DNA from: Bigelowiella natans CCMP2755
Lineage: Eukaryota; Protista; Cercozoa
Length of the DNA stretch: 51,798 nucleotides
Assembly (NCBI GenBank): GCA_000320545.1
Contig: ADNK01001920.1
Location: 1 to 51,798 of the forward strand
Reading direction: 5' to 3'
The notes beneath the pieces are model-generated. The model was not told where the DNA came from and made no database searches. It saw nothing but the letters and a program-made list of their open reading frames with translations. Positions 12,192 to 25,554 of this stretch are shown here, in pieces (positions within the stretch are counted from its first letter, which is position 1; the number at the start of each line of letters is the position of its first letter). The position numbers and the translations under genes were made by a program.

Positions 12192-13066
12192 GGGTTAAAA
12201 TGTGCGTGAATGTGCGTAGGTATCTAATCTAAGCTGAAATATTCCTACTACATTGCGGTATGCGCACGCAAAATGTTGCATCATGTGACACTGCTATGTG
12301 GTCTGCCATGTGTACCAAGTTTGTATGTGTGTTTTGCGCATGGTGTGCAGTAGGAGAATGAGAAATCAAAGGTGATGTCCCAGTAGGCGCACCGGCTAGC
12401 CGGCTCAGCGGCGTGTCTAGCCAAGCACTGTTTACCTAGTTAATCGTTGCAGAATTTGTTACTAGTTTTTGCACTATATGGTCAACGTAAGCATCAGTGC
12501 AGCACAGCAGAAACCCCTTGTTTTCTGGCTGCAGCACGCACAAGCCACCGCACACTGCTAGCTAGCACACATTGTGACGTTTGTTCTAGCTAGTGTTTTG
12601 TGGTGAATTGTGTAGTCGCTACGAACCTGTAGCAATGTATACATGGCATGTTTCCTTGAGTGTCGCACATAGCAACGTACAAGGATTCCCTACACATGTC
12701 TTACCACATCATTTAGCGTGTGCAAATCGTACATACATTCGAGTTGTCTGTAATGGAGCCTATAGCCTATAGGGCTATTTTAGGGCTATGTTCTGCATAG
12801 CAACACTTAACCACATACATCCAGCGTCCTATTGACTTGTATGTCTACACACGTATTTATACGTTCTTGCCTGTAATTGCAAGCGCGCACAATGCTAGAA
12901 CGATGACGTCAAGTTGCCTGTGGTAAGTCAATCCTACTACAAGCTATATGCGACATATGCAAAACGCACACATAAGTATCGGCACACTGTGCTACAGTTT
13001 CATACACAAACACATCCGTGAATGGTACACGGCTGCTGTTGGATATTGCGGGAGGAGCAATCGGCT

Positions 13067-14732
13067 CTAACGACAAGCTAATTCACCAGCACGGTCAATT
13101 TTGTGGCATTCATTATCATTGCTGCCTTTCGCGACTGCTTGGTGCTGCGATTCAGTTCGCAGCATTCTCTGCGAGTTCTCGATGCAATAAAACCTCCCTG
13201 TGTCAGTTACTCCGATGAAATCTGATGTCCGCAAAACAACCAGGAATTACCAACTACGATCCAAAGAAAGATATCAACGGACTGATGAATTTGGACTTAC
13301 AGACGGTTTTTCATATCAAACGCCGACACTGCCAACGCATACAAACAAAACATGCAAGATCTCGCTGCTGCGCAGCTTCCACAACGCAGGAGCACAACCT
13401 CGCTTATCAGCTTATCCTCCCTGCCTTATTCTCTTACAGTGTTATCGTTCGCATGTGTTTTTGGGATGGGGATGTTCTTACTCTCTCCTCCTACACCATG
13501 GCCCTCTCCAGATGACGCTGCCGTTGGCGTTGTATCAATACCAATCCAGCGGGAATCGCCTCTGAGGCCTTGTCTGGTGAGATGAGACCCCACGCGCTCT
13601 TTTCCCTTGCCCAGGCCGCAGGTAGCGAGAAGGATCTGGATGGTGATAACCGGTAGATCGACTCCTCACGCAAATGAAATAGACAAATCCTACCCAGAGC
13701 TGCCATGCTAGGTCCTCTCTCAACTACTACATGCATGCCTCTTCTCTTAGCTTCTCTTCTCTTCACCTCCCCCGTCTCTCTCCCTCTCTCTCTCCCTCTA
13801 TCCCCCCCCTCCTTCACTCTTTTTGTCAGCCTGCACCCTCATGATGTCTTATGGCATTCTTCTGCTTCTTGACGTCTACCTCGTGATCTAGACTCGCGAC
13901 GTACACGGCATTCCTGTGCAAGAAGCTGGGTCTCAACCCAATGATCTCATACTTGGTAATGTTCTAAACAACAACAGCAGCAACAACAACAATAGTCAGT
14001 ACGGAGCTAACAACGCCAGCCTAGCAGAGGTGTGTATTAACCCGCAGGACGAATACAAAAAGATGCTTCTCACTGGGGCTTATTATCGGTATTTTTGGCG
14101 CTGTCGGGGTGATGATTAATTAATCCATAATTTCGCTTTGTCAAATGATCGATCATATGCGTAACTATAAAGCATTGATATAAAATGGTCAGCCGATGGC
14201 ACCTCCTCATAGAACCACACACCATGCATACACACCATTAATCCATACTCTCAAACACGATGGCAAAGCCATGAGGAATGACCTGCAAACGCGCGAGAGT
14301 AGACCACTTCCGCATGTCGAAATAGAACAACGTGCGGTCCGTCCCTCCGGACGCTGTGCGGGGAGGAGTTCATAGATTGGGAAAGGGGCAGGAATCAATA
14401 CAAACGCCAATTTTCAATAATTTATGAAAACAACGATACACTGCGCGGCGCGCGTGCAATATTAATTGCAAAAAAGTACAAAACGTGTTTGTGTGTCCAT
14501 ATGTGTGTTTAGGATGATGCTGCAGCTCCTGGCAAAACGATGTGGTAAGTAACGGAACATAACAATTATTCTCCAGTAGGAAGTCGCAAATACAATGCCA
14601 AATATCACATCTTTGTTGCTTGACCTATCATGTTGTCTCCCACCAGCGCCAGGCCGAGAGAGTCACCGTTTCCAACCTGATGGAAGTGAGCCGCGGCTAT
14701 GTTTATAATTGCAATGTGTACGCGTATGTGTT

Positions 14733-14792
<60 letters not shown>

Positions 14793-14985
14793 GAGAGTGA
14801 GAGAGAGAGAGAGAACACTTCGCATGTTACGCAGAAACCATATTTTAATGGCGCTAGTGTGCACTACCGCAAGCCTTTTTTGGCATCCTTTCGACGTGCG
14901 AATATCGTAAACGGAGACGTAGTTGCTCTGTGCAGCAATTGATTGCAGAGTAGAGCACACACACACACACACAAAAGATAGACAA

Positions 14986-15021
<36 letters not shown>

Positions 15022-16665
15022 TTTGATATATTGTACGAGGACTGGTGACGTCTTTTGCCGTCTGTACGTATACACTCTTCTAAATCCAGCGCATCGTCGA
15101 GACCGCAATCATCATGGCTACCATCCATCGTGCTAAATACGTGCTTCCTGACCTCCGTGAGGACGACGATGTTGCCGCCCCCCCCATGCTTGCTGGAATC
15201 TGCGCTTCGTTCGGGGACAAATTGGACTTGTGTGGGGAGGAAGAGACAGCCAAACTTGGAAACCTGAGTGCACGTATTTAAGGATGGGCATGGCAGGAGC
15301 TTTGCTGCTACTTCCATGGGGTGATTGAGGTGCGATCGTTCTTTTATGATTGCCCGTGGTACTCACGCATAGGAAAGAACCTGTTTATCTCCATCGAAGA
15401 CCGTCAAAGCCTGTTGCCAGTGCGATACCACGCAAGACTAGAATGTGTGTGTTTGTGTGTGTATATGTGAGTGTGAGCTGTACAGGGCTCATTACTACCG
15501 CTGCCATTACTACCATCATCTTCGTTATACTGTGTGATGATGGATAGATGGATTATCTGTGTTATTTAGATACGATAGCAATAGCAACCACAACAATTAC
15601 CTGTTTATCGTCTGATGGGTTCAAAGCGATCCCGTGATAGCTATTTACATGATGATGATGATGGTGGTGGTGGTGGTGGTGATAATAGCAGTAATGATGG
15701 CACACGTTTTTGGAAGTTTCTTTGTCTACATTTTTCCCCCCGCGCGCCAATCGTAAATGTGTACGTCGCATCGCTCTCTCTACCCCCCCCCCCCCCCCCC
15801 TTCTCTCTCTCTCTGTCTCTCTTACCCCGACTCCTTCAAGCCGTCAAGCTGCAGCTTTAAGTTCCAAGTAGATGCGAATGTGAGCGATTTGCATTTATCC
15901 CTTTCTCCTGTATGCCTACTGACCACCTGCTTTCTTTCTCCCTCCCCCTTGTCCACATCTTCCAGTCGTCGGCGCTTGGCATTCCTCGATGGCTCCTGCC
16001 CACCCACGGACGAGTCGAAGAGCGAGATAGAGCATCCTCCGCTTGAGTCTGTGCATGCGACACGCAATTTGCCCTTCTCTTGAGATCTGAGAGCGCAGGT
16101 GGTGATACAATGCAGTTCCTATGGTAGGATTAGAAGGCACCATCATTAAGCAGATGGTAGCTCTGACATATTACGGGCATGTATGTTCTTATACGTCGTA
16201 CGTTCAAATGCCTCTACCAATCCTTACGACTATACTACAATATCATGTATGGAATGAAGGCGATAGTCTGGACCTTTTGGTGCCGTTGAAGCCGCATTTT
16301 GCTAACCTTCGGAGCGCCAGATGGGATGGTCATCGGTTTGGAAACTCTCGCGTCCTCGTGATCTGGTATGGCCGCCGCACCGCTCTTCTTGTCTGGAAGC
16401 TCAAATTGAACATGATACAGGCCTGTTCCTGATCCCACGAACACGGAATCTTCGCCAGCGCAAGCAACCTGAAACATGGGCCATGATCTTTCGTGCAAAG
16501 ACGGTGTTTGTTGTTCTTCTCGTCATCGCTCTCTCGAAAACAATGTCAGCTAGATTGACCTACCCTATCTGGCTGCAAGGCCCCCCCCCCCTCGAGCTTG
16601 AAGTCGCTGGCAGGGAGAGGGTGCTGGAACACGAAGGCAATGTCTCCTCGAGCCTCAGGCTCCAT
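13067..16665 (-). CDS. WD40-repeat protein of an uncharacterised plant/algal-type family, multi-exon
   Basis: Exons give MEPEARG...; LRVACTDSSG; ESG|YHGIALNPSDDKQ|SCVVSHWQQALTVFDGD; VLTE|SNYVSVYDIRTSKGCQKR; ASGGTDRTLFYFDMRKWSTLARLQ|NITKYEIIGL...VYVASLDHE|...GLRGDSRWIGID...|DFIGVTDTGRFY...ACR*. These are beta-propeller-type repeats with canonical splice sites. Confidence 0.75.
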
Positions 16666-17054
16666 TTCAGCCTGCTCGTTGATTGGGTTGACTACTCGTA
16701 GCCTGCCTGCCTGCCTGTACAACTGCGACTTTTGTGCGCATTTTCACCGACAAATCATTGTCGCTATTTCGAATTGATGGTGGTTTTATTTTTCAGAAAA
16801 TGACTATGTTTTGGCATTGCGTCAAGGGAAAAACCACAGAAATTTTTATGATAATACCGGTAATACGATGTGATTCGATGATGACGGGATTGACAAGCAC
16901 TCTTCCGAACCGCCCCCCTGCGTGAAACCAGACCTGCGTGAAACCAGACCTGCGTCAAACAGCCCCACCACCATCACCATCAACGACACCACCATAACCA
17001 TATTGATGATAATGATCCTTTCGTCTAATTCTATATCTCTGTTCTGTTAACTAG

Positions 17055-17817
17055 GTGACATCAAGAAGCACCACGCAGAAGATTCCCACATTTGGCAGGA
17101 GGGGGATGCGGTACGCGCCTTCTACTCCGACAGCAATGAATTTCTCCCGTGACAATTCCGAAACTATTTCTTCTAGGTCATGTCAAAATGGTCCGGGGAC
17201 TCAAGATGGTTAGTAGCTATATACCTACAACTCAATCGTCTCATCCTATGAAATATGTTCTCCGTGTTTTTCAAGGTATAGAGCTGTAATCAAGCAAGTA
17301 GTCAAGCCAAGCGAGCTATACCGTGTCCACTACGAAGGGTGGGTGTTGCGGATGATAGATTCATGGATGAAAATAACAATGGTGACGATGATGACAATGG
17401 TGACGATGATGACAATGGTGACGATGATGGCAATGGTGGTGATGGTGATAATAGCGATAATGATTATGAGGAGGAGGAAAATTAAGATTGTTATTCGTGC
17501 TATTAATCTACGTTACATAGCTTTGGAGACGAGGACGATGAAGAAAGGAAGGATGTGTATTTAATGGACATCCGCGAATTCAAAAGTAATAGCATATAAA
17601 TTATAGTTATTATTGCCACGCCGCATTGTTGCCAAAGGCTCGACGACCGCATCGTCTTTGCCGCCGCCTCGCCTCCTCCCTCTTTCTTTCCATTTTTTCT
17701 CTTCCCACAACAAAACATAGAAATTAAGGTCGGGGTACCTCCGCAGTTTTCCGTCAGCATTCTGATGATAAGCATTTGTTAAAAACATGATGTGTGTGTG
17801 TGTGTGTGTGTGCGTGC

Positions 17818-17852
<35 letters not shown>

Positions 17853-18431
17853 CTTCTCACTCACTACACATACCTTTTAGACGTGCCCGCCGTTGGAGAG
17901 GAATTATTGGTAACACTCATGAGCTCCTGATTTTACCCATGATTCGTTATCCCTCATCTTACTTCCGTTGAGCATATTCCCTTCTTCTTCCTCTTTGTCC
18001 TTTGCTTCCTTAATCGTCTCCCTGACTAATATTGATGCAGGGAAATGTGACAAGCCTGCATCACTTCGGAGCGTTCGTGGATTTCGGGTCTGCTTTCTCC
18101 AATGCTTTAGATCTTATAGCCTCATTTCTAACAAACAATCTCAAGTCGTGAAAGTCGCTCGATATATTTTCGCAGTAGTTAATCTTCCCCCCCCCCCCCC
18201 CACCCCCCTGCCCTTTCTCTTCTGAATGATGAACTCTTATCAGTGGTGAGAGGGATGGCCTGGTGCACGTTTCTCAGATGCTGGAGGTTCTTTGCTTGCC
18301 TCTTAATATACTGCGAACGCGCGGAACGATGTCACTAATATTGTTTTGATGGAGATGATTTTTATCATCCTTGCTTGAACAAATGTCTGTTCAGAAAGAA
18401 ATGTACCCACCAACACACACACACACTAGTC

Positions 18432-18471
<40 letters not shown>

Positions 18472-19235
18472 TAACATTCGACAACAAATCATCAGGGGTT
18501 ACCAACGCGGGGGTGTTTGTGCGATTGGCTGGATATGCGAGAGATGGTAGTATTTGAGAGCATGCAGCGCAAACAACAGAGAAATCCCGTTACGTATCGA
18601 ATAGGATATTGTAGTAATGCAATGGTATGATTAATTTGGCCAGCCATGTCCCTTGCTGTAGTATAGCTCTCACCCTTTCTTCAACCAGTGATTATTTTCT
18701 TTGAGGACCGACTTTTCCACCCCACTCCCCCCCCCCCCCCCCCTATTGACGCCGGGGAACGTCTAGCCTTTATCCCAGGAAGATCGCTCACAGACGAGCA
18801 GAAGGTTTGTGCATCATCCTTGCTTAGAGTTGCTGGTCCGAGTAGCTTTAGTACCTTCTACTCGTACTGAAGATTACGGATTTGTTTGCTCAGGAAACAT
18901 TGAAGATGGAGGCTATTGTGCTGGTGAAGCTGGATCGGTGAGAGACGGGGAGACAGGGGAGGGGGGGGGGTAGGGATAATGCGGAATCATGAAATATTTT
19001 AACAAATGCACACAAACACAATCGCACAAAAGTTTAATGTATGATCTTATTGTACATGCGGGTACACATAGTAACACTCATTTGTATAAACATAATGACG
19101 CACCAGGGTTGACAATGCACGCCAAAGAACAACCCTGTCTATGAACGACACGAGGTGTGGAGTGATTGGAACTTTCACACCAAGTGGAATAGTTGCAGTG
19201 CAGCCGCTGCAGCAAGATCAGAAGAACAAGGATGA
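17055..19235 (+). CDS. Tudor-domain plus S1 RNA-binding-domain protein; start exon unresolved (about 16800-16920)
   Basis: Tudor: WQEGDA|VMSKWSGDSRW|YRAVIKQVVKPSELYRVHYEG|FGDEDDEE. S1: VGEELL|GNVTSLHHFGAFVDFG|GERDGLVHVSQM. Second S1-like unit: VTNAGVFVRLAGYARD|AFIPGRSL...VLVKLDR|VDNARQRTTLSM. Confidence 0.7.
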
Positions 19236-19907
19236 GAACGAGGAGGCAGCGGAAGCAGCATAGCAGGTGTGTAAATGTCCTAATGCCAGTGAACAATAAC
19301 AGTTTTTAAAATGGAAATCGACGCTATATTTCGTGGATATCATGCTGTTACACATTTATTCATAGTGCGTGCGCGGCGTGCGGCTGTTTGCGAGCTTTTA
19401 AGGGTTTGGCACATGCTTCTTGGCCAAATTATGTGCTGACGCCCCTCCCTCCACAGCATCATGCAAGTACACAGCTTTGAAGCGCAATGTAATAACACAA
19501 ACAAAAAGAACGACAAGCGCGCGCTTAATGGGGAAGTTAGTAAAAGCCAAATCCCTACTGCTAGACTGCGTGCCTTGTCTCGCACGGCTACAAACGATGT
19601 GCCAATGCTAACAATCCATCACGTTTGAATAAGTTTGAAGTGATGCAGCAGAGCCATCTAGCCTGCACTTGATATCAATTAGCACACCGATCTCCTGACA
19701 TTGCAGTAGCTTCAATAAACAAATACACTGTACGTGTACTATGTTCTAGTAGCTGCTGCTCAGCATGTTGCGACACGCAACGGGCAGTGGCCAATCCCCC
19801 TGACTCCCTGCTAATGCGGAAAGATGCATCTCTATGATGAGCCATGCTCCGGTCGGAAGCTGCGCGTATGGCTGATGTGTGTCTCGTCATCAGGCGGCGT
19901 ATTCGGT

Positions 19908-21125
19908 TTATCTCAATCTTTTCAGGGTGTCATCGACTATGTGCAAAACGTCTTCAACCCGAACTACCATCCCCCCCCTGTTGAAGTCGAAGTTCTCGGG
20001 GTCCACAAACCAGTACCTGATTCACCGGCGCACACCGCCAAGAACAAACAAGACATGTCACTAGTGATACTTCTGAAACAAACACACTCTGCGTGGGAGA
20101 AATGCACTGCTCCGTCTTTGTTTTTGGTTTTCACAGGTGTTTCTGGTCGCTGAACGTGATTCGTCTGACCTGTGCCCACACGCCTGAGACAGGCCGTAGT
20201 AACAATACGTGCTAGTGCGCTTTCCAGCGTGCGGTTTCGTTGAGAATTTATACATCGGGATGAACTCGACAACGACGGTGCCCTAGAGAAAGAACGACGG
20301 CAACAACAATAACAACAACAATAACAACAACAACAAAAACAATAGCAATGAGGGCGACGATGATGATGACGATGATTGCTCTCAAACGCACCGGCTTGGC
20401 AAAAACCATATTCGAAAATGCTCCGCCATGTGGGCCTATGATCATCAGTGCTCTTCGGAAGAGATCTCTCGCATCTTCCCGGCTTGTAAAGCGAAATCTC
20501 TCCACCTCTATGGTGGCGCCCTGTATATGCATGGAGTGGATGATGGTCGCCATGGTCATTTCACAAAAAATTACTCGAATAATTTAGAAATAGATGTGCG
20601 TGCGTGCGTGCGTGCGTGCGTGCGTGATAAGTGACAATTAGTAACTTTGGAGAAGGCCTCTAATAGTAGAAACATCGTTTTAAAAATATGCTTCGGCGTG
20701 GCGGATTTCGGCTGTGTCGTAGGTGCAAAATCATCGCTATTTCAATGAAGTTCAATGCGGATGAGCTTTGATACCGTTTGTTTATTATGCTGATCAACGC
20801 GGTAGGAAATGGCCCTGGAGAGCTGCTGTTGCACATGCTTTGCCAGAGATCTTTGTGAGCACAACAAGAATAATATCAGTGATGATGGTGATGATGATAG
20901 CAAAAGCTAACAACGATGACATGAGCCAACAATCTATAGATTGCGTTAGTGTCTGCACGTGCATGTACAATGAGTCCGTGGAGAAAGACTACACAACGTG
21001 CATATGTGCCGTGCATTTCTCATTGAATTGGTGATTTGGTGCCATAATTCGGTGAATGAACTGACCTTCGGCCTCCCCTATCTGAGAGCGTTATGCCATT
21101 ATTCGCGTCGCATCGTGACCGTGAT

Positions 21126-21178
<53 letters not shown>

Positions 21179-21658
21179 AAAAATTAGTTGAATTGAGGTG
21201 CGCGAATACTTTCGTCATCGGCACGGCATCAGCACCATCACTCATCATCATCATCATCATCATCATCGTCGCAGTCTCCTACATACACAGCATGACGATG
21301 CGGTCTCTGCGTGAGTCATGGAATACTCCAAGAGCCTGCAACCAACATCAAATAGCCATCCACCAATGTTAAACAACTCTAATTGTTATCAACGGTAGCA
21401 GCTGTAGTATTTCTCCTCTACTATTTCCCATGATTCTCTCCTCTAATTACGAACAAAAACACACTTTTCCTCCCCCCTCTCCTCCTCCTTCTCCTCCTCC
21501 TCCTCCTCCTCCTACTACTACTACAGCAGCAGCAGCAGCAGCACATACTACAAAGACGTCGTAGTTGTCATAATACCAGTTATGAGCGACAACAACACTG
21601 ACATCGGAGAGCTATCGTATGACTGCGCGAGGCATGCACAGGGAAGGGAGCGAGAGAG

Positions 21659-21704
<46 letters not shown>

Positions 21705-22344
21705 CCAACGTGAGAAGGACATCAAACACCTTCTGGACAGGGAGCATTGCACCCCTGGGATATTGGCCGATGCGAGACCCTCCTGTTTCCACCATCCAAC
21801 ACATTGATAATTACTATTTCTCCTTAGAGTTTATGGTTTCTCCCATCTAAGCTTCCATTTACTTCACGCGCGGCCTTTTGCGAATTGATCATCGAAACGT
21901 CTTTTCTCTATAGCTCGGTGTGCGTGCGTGTGTTTGTGTGTGTGTGTGAGTGTGTGTTCTTCAGCTCATAACACACGCCCAATCTAGGTGTGTCTTGTTG
22001 CTCGTAGTCGTCTGTTTTGCATTGTTCGTGATAGTACACATAATGATAAATCCACAAGATATATAACTCCTCACCAGCCAAAATGGGAGCCGGGTGGAAA
22101 TCGGGGTACATCACCGCTTTACTGCGATAAATGAACCTGCGTGCGAAGTGCATATATTGTAGTGCGCGTTTATAAATGGCTTGATAAGCATACAATTCAG
22201 CCGTTCCACTGGAAATCAGAGAACGTGTATTCAGTCTTCTTCTTCTTGTTGTTGTGTTGTGTTGTGCGGAGGGTGATCGTGTCGATCACTACTTGGCTTT
22301 CACTGGCCAACCCATCATTGGCAAAGTGCGCTTCCACAAGCCTG

Positions 22345-22391
<47 letters not shown>

Positions 22392-22412
22392 GTACAAAGA
22401 ACAAATCAACTA

Positions 22413-22443
<31 letters not shown>

Positions 22444-23049
22444 TTATTTATTTGCTGTTGTGGCAAATACTGACCAAGTTCTTCGAGAAACCATCTTGGA
22501 GCTGGGCTTCTTCCTAACCATAGTGCAGAATACCAATGCAGTATCAAGCACACACACACACACACACACACAGATACACACAGGCATACACACACGCATA
22601 CACACCGTTACCTACAAAAAACGGGAACGACGACTACGAGCAACAACACGCACCTAGATTAGTGATGAGGGAGACGTTCTTCTGCACCCATTCTTCCGAC
22701 ATCATCCTACGGTATCGTCGTTGTCAAAGGAGGAGGGACGCGATGAAAAATCAAGATCAGACGCGATGAAAAATCAAGATCAGAGTGCGTTCCAGATAGA
22801 GTGCAGATATCAGCGCTAATCCTCCTCCTCCTCCTCCTCCTCCTCCTCCTACTACTACTACAGCAGCAGCAGCAGCAGCACATAGTACAGAGACGTCGTA
22901 CTTGTCATAAACTAGGGCCAGCTTAGGAAGGACGTCGATAACAAAGTGCTGTATGAACAACACACACACGCACACACCCATTAATCAAATGTTTGGCTGA
23001 TTTTAGCATGTGTGCACAGCGTAGAGCGCGAGAGTGAGAGGGGGGGGAT

Positions 23050-23117
<68 letters not shown>

Positions 23118-24070
23118 GGATGTAATCCAGAGAGGCAAGTGTGCGGTGAGCAGCGACCTGAAACGCAGTTGCTCCCCACCCTCCCACAGCCACCGCATAA
23201 CTTTTCAGGATTACAGAGGGTGGGGAGGACAAACACCAGGAAGGACCGAGATAGTAGGTATGAGATCAGATTAAGAGAAAGAGAGAGAGGGGGAGGGAGA
23301 GCAGAGACCATATCGTTTCACCATTACCGCTTCTACTAGCACAAAATAAACACGTTATCACTGGTTACTGAGAATGCGTTTATACACGCAGATCTGGTTG
23401 GTTTGTTGTACTCATCATCATCATCCTCATCATCACAACAACAACAACAACAACATCACCATGAGCGCCATCACCACTCTTACTCTCCCACTACTCGTGT
23501 TGATACCCAATATCCTTGTGCTGAATCCCAGGTGCAGTCTTCTCGTAGACGCCTGGAATATGATGTCGGGTGGTTGGTACGATGATAGCAGCCATCATGC
23601 CAACTGCTTTCTCATTCCCCTCGCCCCCCCTCCCCACCCTGTTGTCTTACGTGGGTATCCATTCCACCATCGAGACATCGAATAAAAGTATTTGTCCTTT
23701 GATCGCAGGGCAGGACCGAAGATGCCGTTATCACCTAAGTGTGCCGGTGATATTGCATGGTGATGATGCATGGTGATATTGCATGGTGATGATGCATGGT
23801 GATGATGCATAGTGATGATGTTGATGACGATGATGATGGTGGTGGTGGTGGTGGTGAGGCGCCGGTGGAACACACAAAGACACACACACACGCACGCGCG
23901 CGCGCGCGACACAAACACATCCACATACCCTATATATATAGTGTTTTATATATATCGTATATTTTGTATTTCACACTCGCCGACCCGCAATGTAACCCGC
24001 GCGCGCGCCCTATATATATATATATCTCAGTATAAACCCTCCCCCAAAAATATATTTAAATAATATATAT

Positions 24071-24111
<41 letters not shown>

Positions 24112-25554
24112 TATACACATATATAATATTTTATTACATTTATATTCATAAATATATAATTTATTGGTGTACCGATGAAGCCTTGTTCAATCCGCAGCAC
24201 GTAGGCTTTACTGAAATGAGGGAACCTGCATTAGGGTTAGAAATCATCACCAGATAACACTGACTGCTCCGCGACGCTTTCTTCCTCGCAGACAAATGAT
24301 GGGGGGGCGGGAAGGGGAGGAGGAAGGAGAAAACGGGATTTGGTATCGAAAAGCATTATGACATCAGCCGTAAATGTGCACGATAGGTGGTGGTGGTGGT
24401 GGCGGGGAGGAGATGCTCACCAACCAAATTGAATGTCAAATGTGGTCAAGCGGTCACACATGTTCAGGCAGTGTATACCAAATAGTATAGTTCATTTGCA
24501 ATAGGAAATAAATCATCTAGGTGTCCCCTTCACAGCATGATCATCATCTTCATCATCAGCAGCGTCATCATCATCATCAGCAACAGCAGCAGCATCAATT
24601 TGCTACAAGACCATAGATCCATCGTGAAGTTCTCTTTAGATCGGGGAGGATCGATCTTAGAGCGGATAAGAGGAGTTGATGCCAGTAGGTGCTGCTGCGG
24701 TACGTCTTCGAGCTTATCTGTGAGCCATGAAGATGATAAATGATAATAACAATGATGATGATAACGATTCTCACACCCCTCCCACCAAGACCCCTCCCCG
24801 CCTCTCCCTTCCCCATCACATTACTGTACCTATTTTTCTAGGTTTTGATTTTAAGAATTCGTCTTCGGTAATGAGGTCGGTCGGTTGAGGCCTGTTTGAA
24901 AGGAGATATAACCAATCGTCAGGGAGGATGGGAGGGGGGGGGTAAGATATATGGCTCGTATTTCCTGTAAATATGAGATGCAAAGGCGACATGCGCTTAA
25001 TCATCCGCACTGCTTTACCGTTCTGAAATCCACGGTGATAAATCAAAGGGTTCCCATGCCGTCTTATTTAGCATTTGCTGTGAAATGGCGTGGCAGAGGA
25101 GCAATCAAAAGATAATATCTACACATGAGCACTCATCAAGTTTCGAGTACCGTCGGCTCTCCAAACCCTTCTTCCTCTATTTCTGGTGTCGTTGCTCCTG
25201 GACCTTCGTCTTCACTCGGGTCAAAGAACCTTCCGACTTCCGAGGAGAGGACGATGCCCCGACCTCGCGGCATGGAAGCCCTTCCATCTGAATCGCCCTT
25301 GAGCTATTAATGCATAGGAACGAACGACTCAGAGAGGGAGAAGATAAGCAGCCATAGAATGCAAACTGTGCAATAGCATAAGCTTTAAGCCTCCACTCTC
25401 CCCAACCTGTGAAAATTGCGTCTCCCAAACACAGCAGATTCTTCTAATATAAAACCTGAAGCTCGCTGAAGATGACGATGACACAAAGAGCGGATGCTAC
25501 CAATAGCACGGCTGTACGAATGTTGGGATTGTGAATCCCTACCAGCGTCTGCAT
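19908..25554 (-). CDS. Glycosyltransferase family 61 (DUF563) type II membrane protein, multi-exon
   Basis: N-terminal anchor MQTLVGIHNPNIRTAVLLVASALCVIVIFS. Internal motifs GWGATAFQ|HFVIDVLPKL and DARDLFRRALMIIGPHGGAFSNMVFAKP|GTVVVEFIP...CYYGLSQACGHR|YWFV...LKRLR*. The GPHGG(A)xxN and VVEF motifs are typical of GT61. Some 5' exons are uncertain. Confidence 0.8.

Noticed and set aside
13200-13585. Plus-strand ORFs 13200..13565, 13225..13515 and 13352..13585 as a gene
   Set aside because: They overlap the last exons and intron of the minus-strand WD40 gene and show no motifs.
16917-16957. Short tandem repeats as a CRISPR-like array (16-bp unit here; also 23 bp at 22738-22783, about 24 bp at 23747-23810, 18 bp at 17379-17430, 15 bp at 35415-35448)
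   Set aside because: Only 2-3 adjacent copies, no spacers, no cas genes, eukaryotic context; ordinary slippage duplications.
101-24063. Many short ORFs with YIYI, HTHT, CVCV, RERE, LSLS or poly-L/poly-V runs
   Set aside because: Translations of intronic microsatellites.
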